From: Dreissena polymorpha
Lineage: Eukaryota
Assembly (NCBI RefSeq): GCF_020536995.1
Contig: NC_068355.1
Location: forward strand, 63,216,738 to 63,280,737
Direction of reading: 5' to 3'
Length of the DNA: 64,000 bases
Under the pieces are notes generated by a model. The model was given only the letters and a program-made list of their open reading frames with translations, had not been told where the DNA came from and ran no database searches. Positions 1-14,194 of this stretch are shown one piece after another. A program made the position numbers and the translations under genes. Each line of letters opens with the position of its first letter. The first letter of the stretch is position 1.

Positions 1-495
1 GGAGCTCTGTTTTAAAGCAATCAAAACCATTTCGAACTCATCCAAGATATCATTGGGAAAATCTTCTGACCAAGTTTCATGATGATCGGAAAATAAATGT
101 GACCTCTAGAGTGTTTACAACAACAAGGATTTACTATAGTCATATAAGGAAAATAGCCCCGCCCCCATGGTGGCCATGTTTTTAAACCAACCGGCATCAT
201 TTTTGAACTCGTCCAAGATATTATTGGGATGAATCTTCTAACCGAGTTTCATGAAGATCGGACTATAAATGTGGCCTCTAGAGTGTTAACAAGATTTTAC
301 TATAGCCATATATAGCCATATAATAAAAAATGCCCCGCCACATGGCAGCCATGTTTTTCAAGCAAAGGTTCCCATTTTTGAACTCATTCAAATATCATTG
401 GGCCAAATCTTCTGAGCAAGTTTCATGAAGATTGGAAAATAAATGTGGTCTCTAGAGTGTTAACAAGGTTTTTCCATAGCCATATAAGGAAAAAT
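1..495. repeat. Tandem array (~2.8 copies) of a ~178-bp satellite-like unit (gccccgcccccatggtggccatgttttt...tctagagtgttaacaag...ctatagccatat)
   Basis: Direct comparison of units starting at ~155 and ~333, plus a diverged partial unit at 1-152. Minus-strand ORFs 452..685 share peptides with ORFs at 1735..2308 only because of the repeat. Confidence 0.6.
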
Positions 496-1675
496 GCAGG
501 GCTTCCCCTGGCTCAAAAATTTCTTTAGCCAACATTTTAGCCAATTGGATTTTTTTGTAGCCAAATTTTAGAAACTGTAGCCAAAGTTTTAGCCAAGCAT
601 TTGGGACCGCCTCGTGAAAGTCTAGGGGTGTAAGAACACAAATAACTACAATATGAAGCTTAAATATATTTATTACTATAATCATCCTTTTAAAATATTG
701 TACATAACAGAATATCAGTTTATAAAAAAATATTTATAGATATGCATACATCTAGATATACATACATCAATGTAATAATCATACTTTTATTCTACATAAC
801 AGAATATCAGTTTATTAATACATCATAAGCACATGTTCAGTTCACATTGTTTACAAAATAAGCACATTTTCATTATATTAAAGATATTCATTCTTGAGCA
901 CATATTTCAATATTTGCAAAACATAACAGTTGATCAAGACTAAAGATGCTTTATTTTCAAAGCCTCTCACTTCATATTGTTAAACAGTTATATTTGGTCA
1001 TTTGGATATGATATACATCAGCTTTGACAGCTTCTGTTGTTAAAACATTTTTTGTAAGTGGTGGATGATTTCTAGGCTCAAATAAATGAATGTTTTTAAC
1101 GCATATTTCTTGACAGAAAGGCCCAGATAATTACTACCATCCATTCTAGTTGCCTGAAATATGATAAAACTTAGTTTTACAAACTATCAACAACAAACCA
1201 ACACATAAATGTCCGTATCTTTAAATGTCCGAATTTTTAACATATCCGAAATATATTACTACGAGTGAATGGTATACTTTTTATTTCCGAAATTGTTGGT
1301 TTCTTAATCAAACTTTACCTTTCCCAAAATATTATAATAATGAAACTATTAAACAGAAATGCTCTCAAATTCCTGTTGAAACAAGATTTCATGTGTTTTT
1401 GTGAAGAAATAGTTTTTTGTTAAATGCTTTTGCCAGGCCCGTGGTATTGACATAATGTTCGATAACGCCTTTTGTTTTCACACCAGCAAGCGTTCTATAC
1501 ATAGATGGTGACGTCACTGCCAGTACACAATGCACCAGCAAGTTTCCTTTGTTTTGATGACCGGTTCTGACTGGTGTTGCTGCAGACTAGGTATCAAATT
1601 TTCTGGTTAATAACACGATGATGTATTGACGCACAGTCGACGGTTTAAAGAGTTTACTATCTGGAATGGTACTTG

Positions 1676-1835
1676 ACAGGCAAAAAACTTTTCGCCGAGC
1701 ATTTTCGCCAACCGAGAATTTTATTCGACGAATTTTAAAAACGTTTCGCCGAGCATTTTCGCCAACCGAGAATTTTATTCACCGAATTTGCGAAATTTTC
1801 GCCAACGGCGAATTTGGCGAACGACAGCGGAAGCC
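1676..1835. repeat. Short tandem duplication (2 x ~63 bp: ttttcgccgagcattttcgccaaccgagaattttattc)
   Basis: Two near-identical adjacent copies read directly in the sequence. Confidence 0.5.
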
Positions 1836-1842
1836 CTGAAAT

Positions 1843-2215
1843 GCCCCGCCCCCTGGCGGCCATGTTTTTCAACCAATCGGCATCATTTTCGAACTCGTCC
1901 AAGATATTATTGGGATGAATCTTCTTACCAAGTTTCATGAAGATCAAACAATAAATGTGACCAAGTTTCATGATGATTGGACAATAAATGTGACCTCTAG
2001 AGTGTTAACAAGATTTTACTATAGCCATATATAGCCATATAAGGAAAAATGCCCAGCCCCTTGGAAGCCATGTTTTTCAAGCAAACGTTACCATTTTCGA
2101 ACTCGTCCAAGATATCATTGAGACCAATCTTCTGACCAAATTTCATCAAGATTGGACAATAAATGTGCCCTTTTTTAGCTGTAAATATTTCATTTTTGAA
2201 TATTAATGAACACAA
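1843..2215. repeat. Second block (2 units, one with an internal ~40-bp duplication) of the same ~178-bp repeat seen at 1-495
   Basis: The motif gccccgcc..catgtttttcaa..cgaactcgtccaagatat..tctagagtgttaacaagattttactatagccatat recurs at 1843 and 2041. Confidence 0.6.
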
Positions 2216-5200
2216 TTTTGTGCTTTTGGCTATTGGCCAAAATTGAAAGATAACATTGATATGAAATGAATAAACGTTGAATCCAGGGCTCAGTGAACCA
2301 GGAAGCAACTAGTCCGAGTCAATGGACAGGGATGTCATGATACTTATTGACTGGTTCATCCACTTGTAAAAAGTCGTTTTAAAATGGGCCCTTTTGAAAA
2401 TCTGAGGCTAGCCGGCGACAAGTTACTTGACTTGCACGAGAAAATCCATGAACTCGTGGCATTTTAACGAATCTTTGGTTTTTGCATTATGTACTGTAAA
2501 CACGTGGCACCAATATATGTTCATTATTTCAGCAATTTATCAACGAGATTTCTCATTACTGACAGATTTATACATGTACATAAAGATACCACAAATATGT
2601 AGCCGATAGCGTTAGTTCAAATAATTACGTTATAAGTGATATTTACTTACAATAATCTGACATTTTAATTTTTTACTATCAATAATTTTAACACGTGTTA
2701 AATACGGAATCCGGATAGTGCCAAGTAGATTGTCTCGTGTCGACCTTCATGGTCGACGCAAGACATTTAAGCGACGCACGATATGACATTCGACATTTAA
2801 AGTTGACATGCGACAATAAAGATTTGAGTGTCGCATATCGCGCTGGAATTTAGAAGAACAAAATACTGCAGATAATCTTGACTACACATGGCATATTTCT
2901 TTTAACTATTGTGAAACTGACAATTCTGGTGTCAAACTATTGAACTTGAATTTTATGACAGTTTAAATAAATTAATTCAATGATAAAGATAATCATTTTA
3001 TCATTGCGAAGCTTAAAATACACCATTCCCATTGTTGCGAGGAATGGCTATTCGGCCTAAAATGTAATGGCGAGTGTTCCCATGCCAGTGTCAATCGACG
3101 ACTTGATAAGGCTACCCGTGCCAAAAAATTGAGCCGATCGAGAGGCTTCCCGTGCCACAACGAAAGCGGAGGTAGGCATTTTTTAAGTAAAATTGATGAC
3201 AATTACTATATAACGTACATTGAACTTAAGGATTTGATCATAAAGATGATATCAATGACACTAGATATTTGACATATTAGGAAAAAGCTATGTTAAAAAG
3301 TCATCAAAGTGGCATATATGCACGATTGTTCCACCAACCTCGTCATCATTCCATCTTCCATAGAGGTTGTGATAAGTGTTTGGACTTACGGAATACTGTG
3401 AACATTTAGCTGGATATATGCTTCAACTCATGGATCTTCTCTTTTTATGCACAAATGTGTTTATGAGTTTTAATTTTTTATTTTCTCACCTGTTTTGTGA
3501 ATGTCGATCATCCGTTTTCTTGTATATCCGTTTTCTTGTATATAACAGAGAGGCAACCGAGAATGATCAGAGAGACAGTTTGAGATAGAAGCCACCGATA
3601 TGCATACACACTGTGAATGAGAGACATCTGACTTTTGCAATTCGTTTGCAAACTAATTTGTCTTGACTGTAAACTACCGGGGACATGTGAAGGACATTCA
3701 CCTTCGTTTATCAATAATCTTGTGTTACTTCAATACAAATGTTTATCAAGGCACCAGGCAGATGGCTGCGCTCTGTAGACACTCTTTGAATGGCATATTG
3801 ATTTGTCCCCACAATGACTACAGAAGAACTTTCCTGAATTTGCATTTACATTTGCACTTGATGTCAATACTGATAATACTTTTATTGAGATTGAAGATTT
3901 TCTAAAATAATTTACATATGTTCTAGACTTTAGTTGAGAACAAAAATGTTCATTAGTGGCAAATTTGGTCATAAAACAAATGGCAGCACTTTGGAACAAG
4001 AGAGCTAAGAGAGTCATAAAGAGCCCTTCTGTATTAATTTAAAGCTCATGTAGACTAGACTTGGTTGACATACATGTACTTTAAAACCAAACATTACCCT
4101 GACTCAATTAATGTCTTGATATTGTACAGATAGGCATTAATTCTAACCATGCTTCATCAAGACTGAGTCATAGACGTGGTTTCTATAGGAAAATATGTTG
4201 TTTTTTAAGCTTCACCTATTACTCATCTTTTCACCCCATTTGACCAAGATATGCTTAGACAGTGTTGACATAAACATTCTGATGATTTTCATCAAGCTTG
4301 GAAAATAAATACAGCTTCCAGACAGGTAATTTAAGTTTTTAATAAGATTTGTACAGGTGATCAAGTTCTATGACACACTTGATGCAGATTTTAACTGGCC
4401 TAGGTACCGTAGGTTTCCACGTATAGCGCGCTCCCATGTATAGCGCGCAGGCTGTTTTTTTAATGCAAAATTGGAGAAAAAATATTTAAAGACGATAAAA
4501 CCACCAAATCGGACCGAAAATGGCCGCCATTTTACTATTGCACAATCCAATAATCCGGGGCATTGGAAAGCTTAATTAAGCATTCAAAATAGGACGCGTC
4601 ATTATGATTAGGAGCATGGGTTGCATAGCACTATACTTTTCTGGCAATTTTGTAATTTTCTAGCAAAAGATTAACAGTCCACATGCATTTCATGAAAAAC
4701 GTGAGAAAATAAGAATTAGTGTACATCGTGTGATTTTTCCTCGGGGAAAGCATGGGCTATTACCAGTAAATTTGAGTGTTGCATGGGAGACAGGGATACA
4801 GTTGTTGAGGTACACCACTGTTGAACGTTCAATATTTATACACACAAAATGCAATTGCATATCTTCACTTCTCAAGTGTCAATTAGTGTCTCAAATGTCA
4901 ATTAGCATCTTAACAAGTCGTGGCACATATTACTCAATAACATTTGCCAATTACGAAGTGCAAACTGACCTCCTTTCACACCTACCGTTACCCGCAAAAA
5001 AGACCTCGTTCGCACCTACCCTTGCCTAATCTCCGGAATGTCGACAACAATCCCCATCGGAATGATCAATCTTCTTGCGTAATTTATAGTGTGTATATCG
5101 TTATGTCACCTATTTTTCGCGATGTACTTTTGATTTCACATCGCGAAATTGTATTACCGAATATACTGAATATATGAACTTTTTTCAAGTAATTTAATAT

Positions 5201-5779
5201 ACCAGTCGTGATATTTAATCAATATAAACTAATAACTGTAAAAAAAATACAGTATTTTAGAACTTTTCTTTTCGTTTGTGGTTGACGGTCCCTTTAAGAA
5301 CTGCACTGTGCACAGATGCCCATACCATAATTTTAAGATAAACATTACATGACTGTGTAACATAACAATGCATTTATGAAAGAGTTATGGTTCTTGTGCA
5401 CATCACTGTGTTTTAATAAGATCTTTCTAACTTTAAAATTTCCAATTGATCACTTTATTATTTTTAAATATACCAAGGAAAAAATTTAAAAATTAAATTC
5501 AAATAATAACAATAATTGCAAAATATGGTAGCTCGAGTTATTAAGTTTGCTACCTCTTATTGTTGTCAAGATATTCCCAGACAATCTCTATGTTAGTTTA
5601 ACAAAGACTGGGACAAAGATCATTGATAAATTTAAAGACTTCAAAATAATTTTGTATCAAAACAAATATTTGCATATTTAAGTTCATGGAAATAATCTTC
5701 AAATGCATTAAGCAGTGGAATGCAAAAAATGGATCAAATGCCATATGCAGCCAGCCTAGATCCAGAGCAACCTTCAGAG

Positions 5780-7405
5780 TTGCACAGTCTGATCATCCCA
5801 TATGGCCATATGGTTCACAGTCAGATCAGGATCCATGCTGTCAGATGTATCATCCCATATGGCCATATGGTTCACAGTCAGATCAGGATCCATGCTGTCA
5901 GATATATCATCCCATATGGCCATATGGTTGCACAGTCTGATCAGGATCCATGCTGTCAGATATATCATCCCATATGGCCATATGGTTGCACAGTCTGACC
6001 AGGATCCATGCTGTCAGATATATCATCCCATATGGCCATATGGTTCACAGTCAGATCAGGATCCATGCTGTCAGATGTATCATCCCATATGGCCATATAT
6101 CAGGATCCATGCTGTCAGATATATCATCCCATATGGCCATATATCAGGATCCATGCTGTCAGATATATCATCCCATATGGCCATATGTCAGGATCCATGC
6201 TGTCAGATATATCATCCCATATGGCCATATGGTTCACAGTCAGATCAGGATCCATGCTGTCAGATATATCATCCCATATGGCCATATATCAGGATCCATG
6301 CTGTCAGATATATCATCCCATATGGCCATATATCAGGATCCATGCTGTCAGATATATCATCCCATATGGCCATATGTCAGGATCCATGCTGTCAGATATA
6401 TCATCCCATATGTCAGGATCCATGCTGTCAGATATATCATCCCATATGGCCATATGTCAGGATCCATGCTGTCAGATATATCATCCCATATGGCCATATC
6501 CATGCTGTCAGATATATAATCCCATATGGCCATATCCATGCTGTCAGATATATCATCCCATATGGCCATATCCATGCTGTCAGATATATCATCCAATATG
6601 GCCATATCCATGCTGTCAGATATATCATCCCATATGGCCATATCCATGCTGTCAGATATATCATCCAATTTGGCCATATCCATGCTGTCAGATATATCAT
6701 CCCATATGGCCATATCCATGCTGTCAGATATATCATCCAATTTGGCCATATCCATGCTGTCAGATATATCATCCAATTTGGCCATATCCATGCTGTCAGA
6801 TATATAATCCCATATGGCCATATCCATGCTGTCAGATATATCATCCCATATGGCCATATCCATGCTGTCAGATATATCATCCCATATGGCCATATCCATG
6901 CTGTCAGATATATCATCCAATATGGCCATATCCATGCTGTCAGATATATCATCCCATATGGCCATATCCATGCTGTCAGATATATCATCCAATTTGGCCA
7001 TATCCATGCTGTCAGATATATCATCCAATTTGGCCATATCCATGCTGTCAGATATATCATCCCATATGGCCATATCCATGCTGTCAGATATATCATCCCA
7101 TATGGCAATATCCATGCTGTCAGATATATCATCCCATATGGCAATATCCATGCTGTCAGATATATCATCCAATATGGCCATATCCATGCTGTCAGATATA
7201 TCATCCCATATGGCAATATCCATGCTGTCAGATATATCATCCCATATGGCCATATCCATGCTGTCAGATATATAATCCCATATGGCCATATCCATGCTGT
7301 CAGATATATCATCCCATATGGCCATATCCATGCTGTCAGATATATCATCCCATATGGCCATATCCATGCTGTCAGATATATCATCCCATATGGCCATATG
7401 GTTTT
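5780..7405. repeat. Complex satellite: 36-bp unit CCATATGGCCATATCCATGCTGTCAGATATATCATC (~25 copies, 6480-7400), preceded by 44-bp and 57/63-bp unit variants (5780-6480)
   Basis: Perfect 36-bp periodicity. The 12-aa periodic ORFs on both strands (e.g. 5802..7436) are artefacts of this periodicity. Confidence 0.9.
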
Positions 7406-7439
7406 TCCCAGAGCACTGCCCTTTTTTTTAAATTGAAGT

Positions 7440-7700
7440 ACAGTTAGTTACTTCAATGACAGCATTGTATAAGAGTATTATGATTATATAGAAATGATTG
7501 TATTAATAATCAGAGAATTCCTCATGTTACATAGTTATATGTACAATGTACATAAACATATGGGGCTATTTTATGATTTTATCGATGACAGCATTGAGAT
7601 GGCTTATATAAGAGTATTATGATTATATAGAAAATTTAATGATTGTAATAATTATCAGAGAAGCCCTCCTGTTACATAGTTACATGTACATGTCAGGGTA
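7440..7700. repeat. Two tandem copies of a ~150-bp repeat (..gacagcattg..ataagagtattatgattatatagaaa..tcagaga..cctc.tgttacatagtta.atgtaca)
   Basis: Direct alignment of 7445-7560 with 7590-7705. Confidence 0.5.
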
Positions 7701-8489
7701 ACAGCATTTTCGTTCAAACCTTCGCCCTGCAAATATTGATATGTTATTGACTCATAGTTCTTTGCTGTGAAATGCCTGGAATACTACACATTGACAGACA
7801 TGTTGCAATGGTCTCATTCTTAGCGACTTAAACAGACTAGGATCAACATATTCATATAGGCTGAAAACGTTATACAGATTTAAAGTATTTATCACTGCTT
7901 CACATGACCAGGGCCATTTTTATTGTTATGACGTTCACAGTATTTAACAATACTTAATACAATAAAATAACAACTTTATTTAAACCTGTTCTAGGAAAAT
8001 ATATGCTAAAATGTTCAGTTAAAAATGAAGAAAAACAGCAATATAAACAACTAGTGCTCTCAAAGGGGGTAATCATGTGACGATTAAGATGGCAATGTCT
8101 GTGCCGAAACTGATCATTTTTGCCTTTTGTAAGTTTTTAAATGCCGCTCATATTCCAGCCATATCAGGAAGAAAGTGATAGGCGATAGTTTCTTATTAAC
8201 ATTCCCTTCATATCTGGACTTTTAACGCACCAAAGCTTCTTAACAGGAGCTGTTATTCTGTGATCCTGCTCAGAAACTTCATGAGAAATAAATTCAATTC
8301 AACCAATCAATTGTGTAACCTATGTCACAAAACAATGTGCAATATTTGACTATTTCTAAGAATTGTACTTGGAGTTTGTTACGTCACCATAAAAAATAGC
8401 CAGTTCAACTGGTTGGTAAAATCCATTTTATTTTGAAGTTAAAAAATCAATGGAAGTAAAATAAACACAATAAACCAACGGAGACGGTT

Positions 8490-9360
8490 GTTGCTCCCCA
8501 AAGTTTTTTTTTGTCACAATATTGCACTATATATCCAGATAAAAGGAAACGTCTTGAGGGGCATAACTTTGGACAAAATAATACAATATATGGTTTAGCA
8601 ACTTAAAAATTTCAAAGGGCTACAACTCTCTAAACAAATCATCTAACCAGAACCCACAAATAACATGCACATCTCCTTTTGGTAGTGAAGCTTCCCATAA
8701 AGTTTCATTGAATTCCGGTCATTAGTAACTGAGAAATAGCTCGGACAAGAATTGCACTATATGTACAATGGAAAATTTCAAAGGGCCATAACTCTGTGAA
8801 AAATCATCCGACCAGAACCGGCTGATAATGTGCACATCTCCTTTTGGTAGTGAAGCTTCCCATAAAGTTTCATTGAAATCCGATCATTAGTTGCTGAGAA
8901 ATAGCTCGGACAAGAATTGCACTATATGTACAATGGAAAATTTCAAAGGGCCATAACTCTGTGAAAAATCATCCAACCAGAACCGGCTGATAATATGCAC
9001 ATGTCCTTTTGGTAGTGAAGCTTCCCATAAAGTTTCATTGAATTCCGGTCATTAGTTGGTGAGAAATAGCCCGGACAAGAATTGCACCATATGTACAGTT
9101 AATGGAACATTTCAACTGGCCATAACTCTGTGAAAAATCATCCGACCAGAACCCGCTGATAATATGCAAATCTCCTCTTAGTAGTGAAGCTACCCATAAA
9201 GTTTCATTGAATTCCGGTCATTAGTTGCTGAGAAATAGCCCGGACAAAAATTGTACACGGACAGACAGACAGACGCACACACACACGCACACATGGACAG
9301 ACGAAGCGGCGACTATATGCTCCCCCCAAAATAAATTTTGGGGGAGAATAATAAACCAGT
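8490..9360 (+). mobile_element. Tandem-repeat-bearing non-autonomous element (Helentron/HINE-like): ~4.4 copies of a ~170-bp core, then an (ACAG)n/(AC)n tail and a terminal hairpin
   Basis: Core units at ~8515, 8747, 8917 and 9087 (caagaattgcactatatgtacaatggaaaatttcaaagggccataactctgtgaaaaatcatc...). The tail is cggacagacagacagacgcacacacac. The hairpin cccccaaaataaattttggggg lies at 9323-9344, followed by gagaataataaa. Confidence 0.5.
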
Positions 9361-12254
9361 CTGTTTGTATTGACTTAATTTTTGACCAAAACGGAGGTTA
9401 ACGTATCTTTTTTTGTTTTGTTTCTGGAATAATACCGGACCGCAGCATAATTAATTGGAAATGTCTATGGTCCCACCTCTTTAGAATGGGTTAGTAAGTA
9501 AAAAATTGTTTGTTCATTTTTTATTTATTTATGAAATGAAGTTTGTTTCATTTTTAAAGCAATTATTTTTATTGTATTTCAATTTCATCTAGCACATTAT
9601 ATAACTATAACTTTGATGACTCTGTTTTTATTATTTGAATGATTACATGTATCAAGAGTTGTATTTAACTAGTTTTTTTCCAAATCAGTGGACTTTTCGC
9701 GACAAAATATTCCAGTTCCTGAAATTGCATTTTTCTGCATATGACAAGATCACATTTATGGAACCGGCCGTTGACAAAGTTAATGCAACATCTCAAACCA
9801 ACAAAGTTGGTAAGTTTGTTTTTTAAATTTTACCTGATGATCTAACTTTAAGCCACACATGATCCAGATTTCAAATTGGCATGGATATTAACAAGATCAA
9901 CATTCTGAGCAAAAAAATTTGAAGGACAGACAAGTCAGCAACTAAGAACATTCACGGGCCCATTCTTAGACTCAAGAATAAAGAATAGACTTAGAACCAA
10001 GAAAAATGCATTCAGTGTTTGTCTATATACATGCCTCAATAGGTAATTATGCCATTAACAGACCTGTTTACCCTACCGATTGCTTCTCAGTAGTATGGAG
10101 GGCATCTCTCAGTAGTTTTGGGCTGTTGTCAGTAGTTTTAACCTTTTCAATCATTTTGAGCATTAAAACACCATGACTGGGTCACATATCAGTTTAACGG
10201 TACATAAAGCACTTGATGAATGTACTTGCTAATAATTAAATCTGTTAAGTGATTATTTGCTTTTATTTGTTACAGCCTTTGCCATTTGGATTGGGAAAAA
10301 TCATGGCGCAATAAACCATGAAATTGGAAAAAATAGCGTGATAAACCATGAAATTGGGAAACATTAAGCATTATAAATATGATTATAAGTAACAGAATTA
10401 AAATTGTTTTTAAGTGCATGTTTGACAGCATTTTTATATTATAAAGTGCTGCTTCAATGCCTTCTTACAATGAAGACTATATTTAATTAACATCCATCCA
10501 CATGCATATTACACTTACTATAATCTATAGATTCTTAAATACACCATTTGATCATAAGCTCTTTAAGAGTAGCTATTAATTTAATTCAGTATTTTTTTAA
10601 ATTAAATATCATAAGGAGGAAAACATAAACAAATATTGACAATCACCCTTTAGTGTTCTTGTTGTGTTCATAATGTATTAAATGGAGTTAAAATAATATA
10701 TTTTATTTGTTTACCTTTCTATATCTTGCACTTGACAACCTCAGTTCAATGCTATTTCATAAAACTGTACAGGGTAACAAACATAATAAAGCAGAATATG
10801 CATATGAATCTGAGTATACACAGATCCACTTACATATAAATCAAATCAAGTTTGTATCTTTCCTTTTGCGAACCATACTCATTATAATAAATGCTTTTAC
10901 TTTGTGAGTAGACTGAACTACAATTTCGAACACTTGTTTCAGTGACGCACATGCACATTCACGGTGCATATTTCTGATAAATATTTTATTTTTATTTTTA
11001 TCTCAAACGTAGTATTTTGAGTGAATTGACACACGCATTACATTATTCCCTAATGACCATATGATATCCGTTGTTAATTTGAATGGTATTTATTATTTTC
11101 GCCGTTAATCGCAATTTCTCGTCTGCTTGCCGCCATCTTGGACTTGTGTAAAAACAGGCCTACTCAATCTCAATACATCGACTATCGTCAGTATTCTCCG
11201 CAATAGAGAGAGAGATTTGTATTCTGGATAGCAACGTAAAATTGTATATATTCGGCTAAATTTGCGAACCAATACGCGAGTCAGTTGTTGTTCAGTGACG
11301 ACTCGACAAGCTTGATCAGCACTCGTTTCCCGGGAGGTTTGAATTTTAACGTTTCTTACTATGCAAGCGCCAAAATGATTATGATTGATAAATTACCCGC
11401 AAAGACCGAAAATAAGCGAAAGTACGATTAAAAACTGAAAGTTTACCATTTTCATCGATTGATCCGTTTTTCAGTACAAATCCGTAGTGCGTAGTTTAGC
11501 CAAATAATCCGTAGTAACTACGGCGAAACCGTAGAAGTAAACAGGTCTGCATTAACAGAATGTTCTACATGAAAAATGATATGGATAGAGGTGTTTAATA
11601 ACAAGTTTGACTCAAAATTCAAGCAATTCTTGAATAAATCAATTTAAAGAATATTCTTTATTCTTAGACTTAAGTCTAAGAATTGTTTGGTGAATACGTG
11701 CCCTGTAATTTCTAAGAACAAATATGTATACATGTACATAATTCTGGAAAAAATTATGGTCAGTTTATGGGTTTAGCATACGACCTTACATGAAGCATTT
11801 GTGTAACCTTAACCCTTGATGTGAATCATACATGTATGACCTTACATTAAGCATATTGTGTGATGTTGACCTTAACCCTAGACATGAACCTTAACCCTAG
11901 ACATGAGTCTTACTTATGACAAACAGCAAGGAAGAAGATGGATAAGAATTATTATCCCCAAGCTTTTTAAAAAGCGTGGGGATATTGTGATAATTTCTTC
12001 GCCATCTGTCAGTCCTGGCCACTATCTCCTCATACACCATTAGCACTAGAACCTTGAAACTTACACACATGGTAGCTACATGTATGAGCATATATGCGAC
12101 CCTGCATTATTCGGAATTTTGATCTGACCCCTGGAAAAAAAAGTTATGGGTGTTGGGGTGGGGCCAGGTCAGAGATTTTCACTCATTTGTTTAGGTTATT
12201 TTACATTAACTTCTTCTACACCGATTTACTTCAAATTGATACTGAACCTCTCTT

Positions 12255-14150
12255 ATGACAATACGGTCAATCTCAACTATGCATGGCCCCATTACCAACC
12301 CTGGGGCGCCCAGCCCACAAAGACCACACCCACCCAAAATTGCCTTTTACTGTATACTTGCGCTTATAAGACACCCTCGCTTATAAGACGCACCCCGACT
12401 TCGGACTTTATAATGGGTGGATTTGAGACTGACCTGCGTGTAAGACGCGGTCAAATTTTGCCGTTTTCATCGGCCGATAAATGGCAGAATGTTAAAGAAA
12501 ATCATCAATTAGTAACACATTGAGAATTTTTCAAACTCGCGCTGCATACAATTAGTAATTCATGCAAGTCTGAAAAATAAAACAATCAAGCAACAAAGTA
12601 AATAATATTTGTTTATTTTATGATATAGAAGTGGGTTTTAATTTTTTTTCAAGTATTATTCATGCAATAATTTTTTTTATCAAATTAACAAAATTTCTAA
12701 CAATTGGGTATTTAATCATTTGCCCTAACAATTGCAAACATATTACGTTCGTAATATCAATGCACAAGCAAAATTGATCGTATCAGTCATCTTAATTGTA
12801 TTGTTTGACAGGTATTGAAAACTAATAGGCAGATATTTTGAAAGCGTTTAGTTTTATTACCTAGATTATGCAAATTTTACGCCTATTGTCTATCAACAAT
12901 AGGTAACGCCTACTTTCATAAAATTAGCCAATTGCGTGATAGAGTGATAGACTCCGAAGCACAGATCAAAATCACTGTTAAGAAGAAAGCCATATGCGGA
13001 TACTTGCATGCGGTCGCTCTTTGCTCCCGTCGTTGTTGGCCCCTAATAAATAAGGTGTCATTGGCATTAGGGGGTCGTCTGAATAAAAGTGTTTATTTAA
13101 CAATTGACAGTTGCAAACTGGTAACTTATTTCAGAGGATACCCTAATTGCCAATTATGTCTTAATTGACAACTAACGACGTGGAACAAAGACGATCAGGT
13201 GATACAAACTTGTCAAGTAGCATTTGTAATCAGCAGCGTGTTTATTAAACAATTGACAGTTTCAAACTGAGAATTGATTTTGCTGTTGTTTTAAGCATGT
13301 TGGCATCGTGTCGCCGCTTACACACATATGACATTTAACGCCGTCGCGCGCAGACAATCAGGTGATACAAACTTTTCAAGAATAATCACGGACAATATAA
13401 CGTCTTACGCCCCAAAAATAACAAAATTCAAATTTAAAATAATAGACAACAAAATCAGTAACAATACATTTTATTACAAATAAATCGGTAACTGAACAAA
13501 GCGTTCCGATACACGGTACGGGCCAATACAGACTTTAGAGAAAATGCAAATGGCTGCCGTGATGATTCAAAACAACTCACAAGTGTCCAACTTGGCTAGC
13601 ATAAGCCCAGTAAACTCGATATTTTGAAAAAAATTGTTTATTTTCACCAGTATCTCGCTTATAAGACGCGACCCCAACTGTAACTTATTAATTTGAGTCT
13701 TATCTTAAAAATGCGTCTTACAAGCGAAAGTATATGGTACTATAATTTCTTCATTTTTACAACGATTCACTTCAAATTGATACTGAACTTCTCTTATGAC
13801 AATACGGTCAATCTCAACTATGCATGGCCCCATTACCAACCCTGGGGCACCCCGCCTACATAGGCCACACCCACCCAAAATTGCCTTTTACTATAATTTC
13901 TTTACTTCTTCACTTCTAATTGATACTGAACTTCTCAACCGTCAATCTCAACTATGCATGGCCCCATTACCAACCCTGGGGCGCCCTGCCCACATAGGCC
14001 ACACACCCAAAATTGCTTTTTACTATAACTTCTTCATTTCTACACTGATTCACTTCTAATTGATATATGTACTGAACTTCTCTTAGGACAATACGGTCAA
14101 TCTCAACTGTGCATGGCCCCATTACCAACCCTGGGGCGCCCCTAGGTCAA
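12255..14150. repeat. Cluster of ~130-bp repeats (ctcttatgacaatacggtcaatctcaactatgcatggccccattaccaaccctggggc.ccc) plus inverted gcgcttataagacgc / gcgtcttacaagcga motifs
   Basis: Copies at 12255-12390, 13780-13900, 13925-14020 and 14080-14150. ORFs 12146..12523 and 13796..14059 lie wholly in these repeats. Confidence 0.5.
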
Positions 14151-14194
14151 ACATGCGGCGTGGGGATACACGGCGGCCTCTGCCGCGCCATTTC

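Noticed and set aside
452-2308. ORFs 452..685(-), 1735..1971(-) and 1997..2308(-) sharing ILDEFEN..YGY.K.LLTL peptides
   Set aside because: Similarity stems from the 178-bp DNA repeat. Each ORF ends at the same tctagag stop of the unit.
5780-7405. Possible CRISPR array (regular ~36-bp direct repeats)
   Set aside because: The units are contiguous with no unique spacers, the context is eukaryotic (introns, LTR and LINE elements), and there are no cas genes. It is a satellite.
5686-7447. Very long ORFs on both strands (up to 544 aa) with 12-aa periodic peptides (IHAVRYIIPYGH, PCCQIYHPIWPY, MAIWDDISDSMD)
   Set aside because: They lie entirely within a 36-bp (3 x 12) tandem satellite. Open frames in five of six frames are the expected artefact. 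There is no start context or non-repetitive sequence.
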